Below are positions 42,085 to 43,708 of a DNA stretch of 43,708 nt, piece after piece. The notes under the pieces were generated by a model. It searched no databases. It worked only from the letters and a program-made list of their open reading frames with translations, and was not told the DNA's origin. The translations under genes and the position numbers were made by a program. The number at the start of each line of letters is the position of its first letter. The stretch's first letter is position 1. Source of the stretch: an uncultured Chloroflexota bacterium (GTDB lineage: Bacteria > Chloroflexota > Limnocylindria > Limnocylindrales > CSP1-4). The stretch spans positions 1 to 43,708 of the forward strand of contig CAIYQJ010000412.1 of the NCBI GenBank assembly GCA_903928275.1, written 5' to 3'.

Positions 42085-42132
42085 CGGGACTCTCAGCTCC
42101 TGGCGCGGCGAACGTCGACGCGACGCGCCGCG

Positions 42133-43497
42133 TCAGCCGCCGACGACCGGCAGGGCAGCAAGGGCGGCCCTGACGCGCTCGGCCGGATACTCGAAGTCCT
42201 GGAGCGCACCGGACAGGTAGCGCTCGTAGGACGAGAGGTCGAAGTGGCCGTGGCCGCTGAGGTTGAAGAGGATGACGCGCGGCGTCCCCTCCTCACGGGC
42301 CTCGAGTGCCTCGTCGATCGCCACGCGGATCGCGTGGTTGGACTCGGGCGCGGGCAGGATCGCCTCGGTCCGGGCGAACAGCACGCCCGCCTCGAAGGTC
42401 GGGTTCTGGTGCACGGCGCGCGCCTCGATGAGACCCAGGTCCTTCACGAGGCTCACGAGCGGTGCCATGCCGTGGTAGCGGAGGCCGCCCGCGTGGATGG
42501 GCTCCGGGATGAAGTCGTGGCCGAGCGTGTGCATCTTCACCATCGGCGTGAGCCGGGCGGTATCGCCGAAGTCGTACGTGTAGACGCCGCGCGTCATGCT
42601 CGGTGCCGCTTCGGGTTCCACCGCCACGATCCGGGGAGTGCCGGTGCCGCGGAGCTTCCGGCCGAGCCACGGGAAGGCCATGCCGGCGAAGTTCGAGCCG
42701 CCGCCAGCACAGGCGATGACGACGTCCGGCTCCTCGCCGGCCATCGCCATCTGCTCGATCGCCTCCTGACCGATGACGGTCTGGTGCAGCAGGACGTGGT
42801 TGAGCACCGAGCCGAGCGAGTACTTCGTGTCGTCGCGGGTGGCGGCGTCCTCGACGGCCTCGGAGATCGCCATCCCGAGCGACCCCGGGCTGTCCGGCGT
42901 CGCGGCGAGGACCCGGCGCCCGTACTCCGTGGTCGGCGAGGGGCTGGCGACGACCTCCGAGCCGTACACCTCCATGAGCATCCGGCGGTACGGCTTCTGG
43001 TCGTAGCTCGCGCGGACCATGTAGACCTTGACCTCGAGGCCGTAGAGCGCGCCGGCGATCGCGAGGCTGGTGCCCCACTGTCCCGCACCGGTCTCGGTCG
43101 CGAGGCGCTTCACGCCCTCGTTCTTGTTGAACCACGCCTGCGCGAAGGCAGTGTTGGGCTTGTGGCTCCCGCCCGGACTGACCCCCTCGTACTTGTAGTA
43201 GATGTGCGCGGGGGTGTCGAGCGCCTTTTCCAGGCGGTGAGCCCGGTAGACCGGGCTGGGACGGTAGAGCTGGTACGCGTCGCGGATCGGGTCCGGGATC
43301 TCGATGTACCGATCGGTGCTCACCTCCTGGAGGATGAGCGCCATCGGGAAGAGCGGCGCGAGGTCATCGGGGCCGAGCGGCAGGCCCGTGCCCGGGTGGA
43401 GCGGAGGCGGCGGGGGCACTGGCAGATCGGCGACGATGTTGTACCAGGTGCGGGGGATCCGCTCCTCGTCGAGGACGAACTTCGTCCGCTGGCTCAT
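42133..43497 (-). CDS. trpB: TrpB2-type tryptophan synthase beta-chain-like PLP enzyme
   Basis: Track ORF 42133..43638 was trimmed to ATG 43497 ([21 protein letters not shown]...), which lies 8 nt after AGGAG. 454 aa. Features are the long TrpB2 N-terminus, the PLP-lysine context [17 protein letters not shown], and the glycine loop [12 protein letters not shown]. Confidence 0.9.
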   Translation of the reverse strand: MSQRTKFVLDEERIPRTWYNIVADLPVPPPPPLHPGTGLPLGPDDLAPLFPMALILQEVSTDRYIEIPDPIRDAYQLYRPSPVYRAHRLEKALDTPAHIYYKYEGVSPGGSHKPNTAFAQAWFNKNEGVKRLATETGAGQWGTSLAIAGALYGLEVKVYMVRASYDQKPYRRMLMEVYGSEVVASPSPTTEYGRRVLAATPDSPGSLGMAISEAVEDAATRDDTKYSLGSVLNHVLLHQTVIGQEAIEQMAMAGEEPDVVIACAGGGSNFAGMAFPWLGRKLRGTGTPRIVAVEPEAAPSMTRGVYTYDFGDTARLTPMVKMHTLGHDFIPEPIHAGGLRYHGMAPLVSLVKDLGLIEARAVHQNPTFEAGVLFARTEAILPAPESNHAIRVAIDEALEAREEGTPRVILFNLSGHGHFDLSSYERYLSGALQDFEYPAERVRAALAALPVVGG

Positions 43498-43634
43498 GAT
43501 GCTGCTCCTGCGCGCGGTAGCCCGCGATCGTGGGGCGAATGGGGTTGCTGCGGCCGCAAGTGTCGCCGACCGGCGACCGACCTGCAAATCGCCTGCGGGG
43601 ACCCCGTGCGTCGCGGCGGTGGGCGGCCCGCGAC

Positions 43635-43708
43635 TCACGCGCCGAACGTGGCCGTCGTCACGATCTCGTAGCGTGCCGGACCGCGCCCGAGGTGGCTCTC
43701 GAAGAGGA
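43635..43708 (-). CDS. 3' end (last 23 codons) of an unidentified gene that starts beyond the right edge
   Basis: Hand translation of the minus strand gives ...[23 protein letters not shown] followed by TGA at 43637..43635. GC3 is high and the orientation matches the downstream genes. The fragment is too short to name. Confidence 0.4.
   Translation of the reverse strand, partial: LFESHLGRGPARYEIVTTATFGA

Noticed and set aside
1-43708. CRISPR arrays, rRNA/tRNA genes, IS elements, toxin-antitoxin pairs, and known defence-system hallmarks (nucleases, helicases, reverse transcriptases, methyltransferases).
   Set aside because: No regularly spaced repeats were seen. No non-coding gap exceeds ~370 nt, and no cloverleaf-like sequence was evident in the gaps I read. 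Every sizeable ORF could be assigned to a housekeeping or envelope function. I did not run tRNAscan or Infernal, so very small ncRNAs cannot be excluded.

Overview
This is a 43.7-kb stretch of very GC-rich bacterial chromosome (by eye over 70 % G+C, with third codon positions almost saturated with G/C). The six-frame track is therefore full of long spurious ORFs. I chose real genes by recognisable protein families, by GC3 phasing and by start/stop junctions.

I support 35 CDS, 33 of them on the minus strand, packed into very long co-directional arrays that often share 4-nt GTGA/ATGA start-stop overlaps. The content is mostly core housekeeping:
- PAS sensor (partial) and Xaa-Pro peptidase
- mltG, ruvX, alaS
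- mnmA and a cysteine desulfurase
- typA, aspS, hisS, relA
- murE, two FemAB-family transferases, murJ
- xerC, topA, dprA, comM
- tyrA and a TrpB2-type tryptophan synthase beta

I saw no rRNA, tRNA, CRISPR array, transposase or prophage genes.

I do not see a clear-cut new system. The less ordinary parts, in order of interest, are:
1. An FtsA-type actin ATPase plus a large uncharacterised bitopic membrane protein, wedged into the otherwise conserved alaS-ruvX-mltG block.
2. A murJ-femX-femX-murE peptidoglycan side-chain module outside any dcw context, translationally chained to xerC and topA.
3. An orphan response-regulator::TadZ/CpaE-like ATPase with an apparently functional receiver domain and no pilus genes nearby.
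4. A secreted 3x Ig-like + (KPA)n + CAP-domain protein with a structured ~200-nt leader.
5. Several small unassigned proteins: a possibly Sm-like protein upstream of topA, and a zinc-ribbon protein with an Arg/Asp/Glu-repeat tail.

All family calls come from motif recognition by eye. Start codons were chosen manually, and no database search was run.
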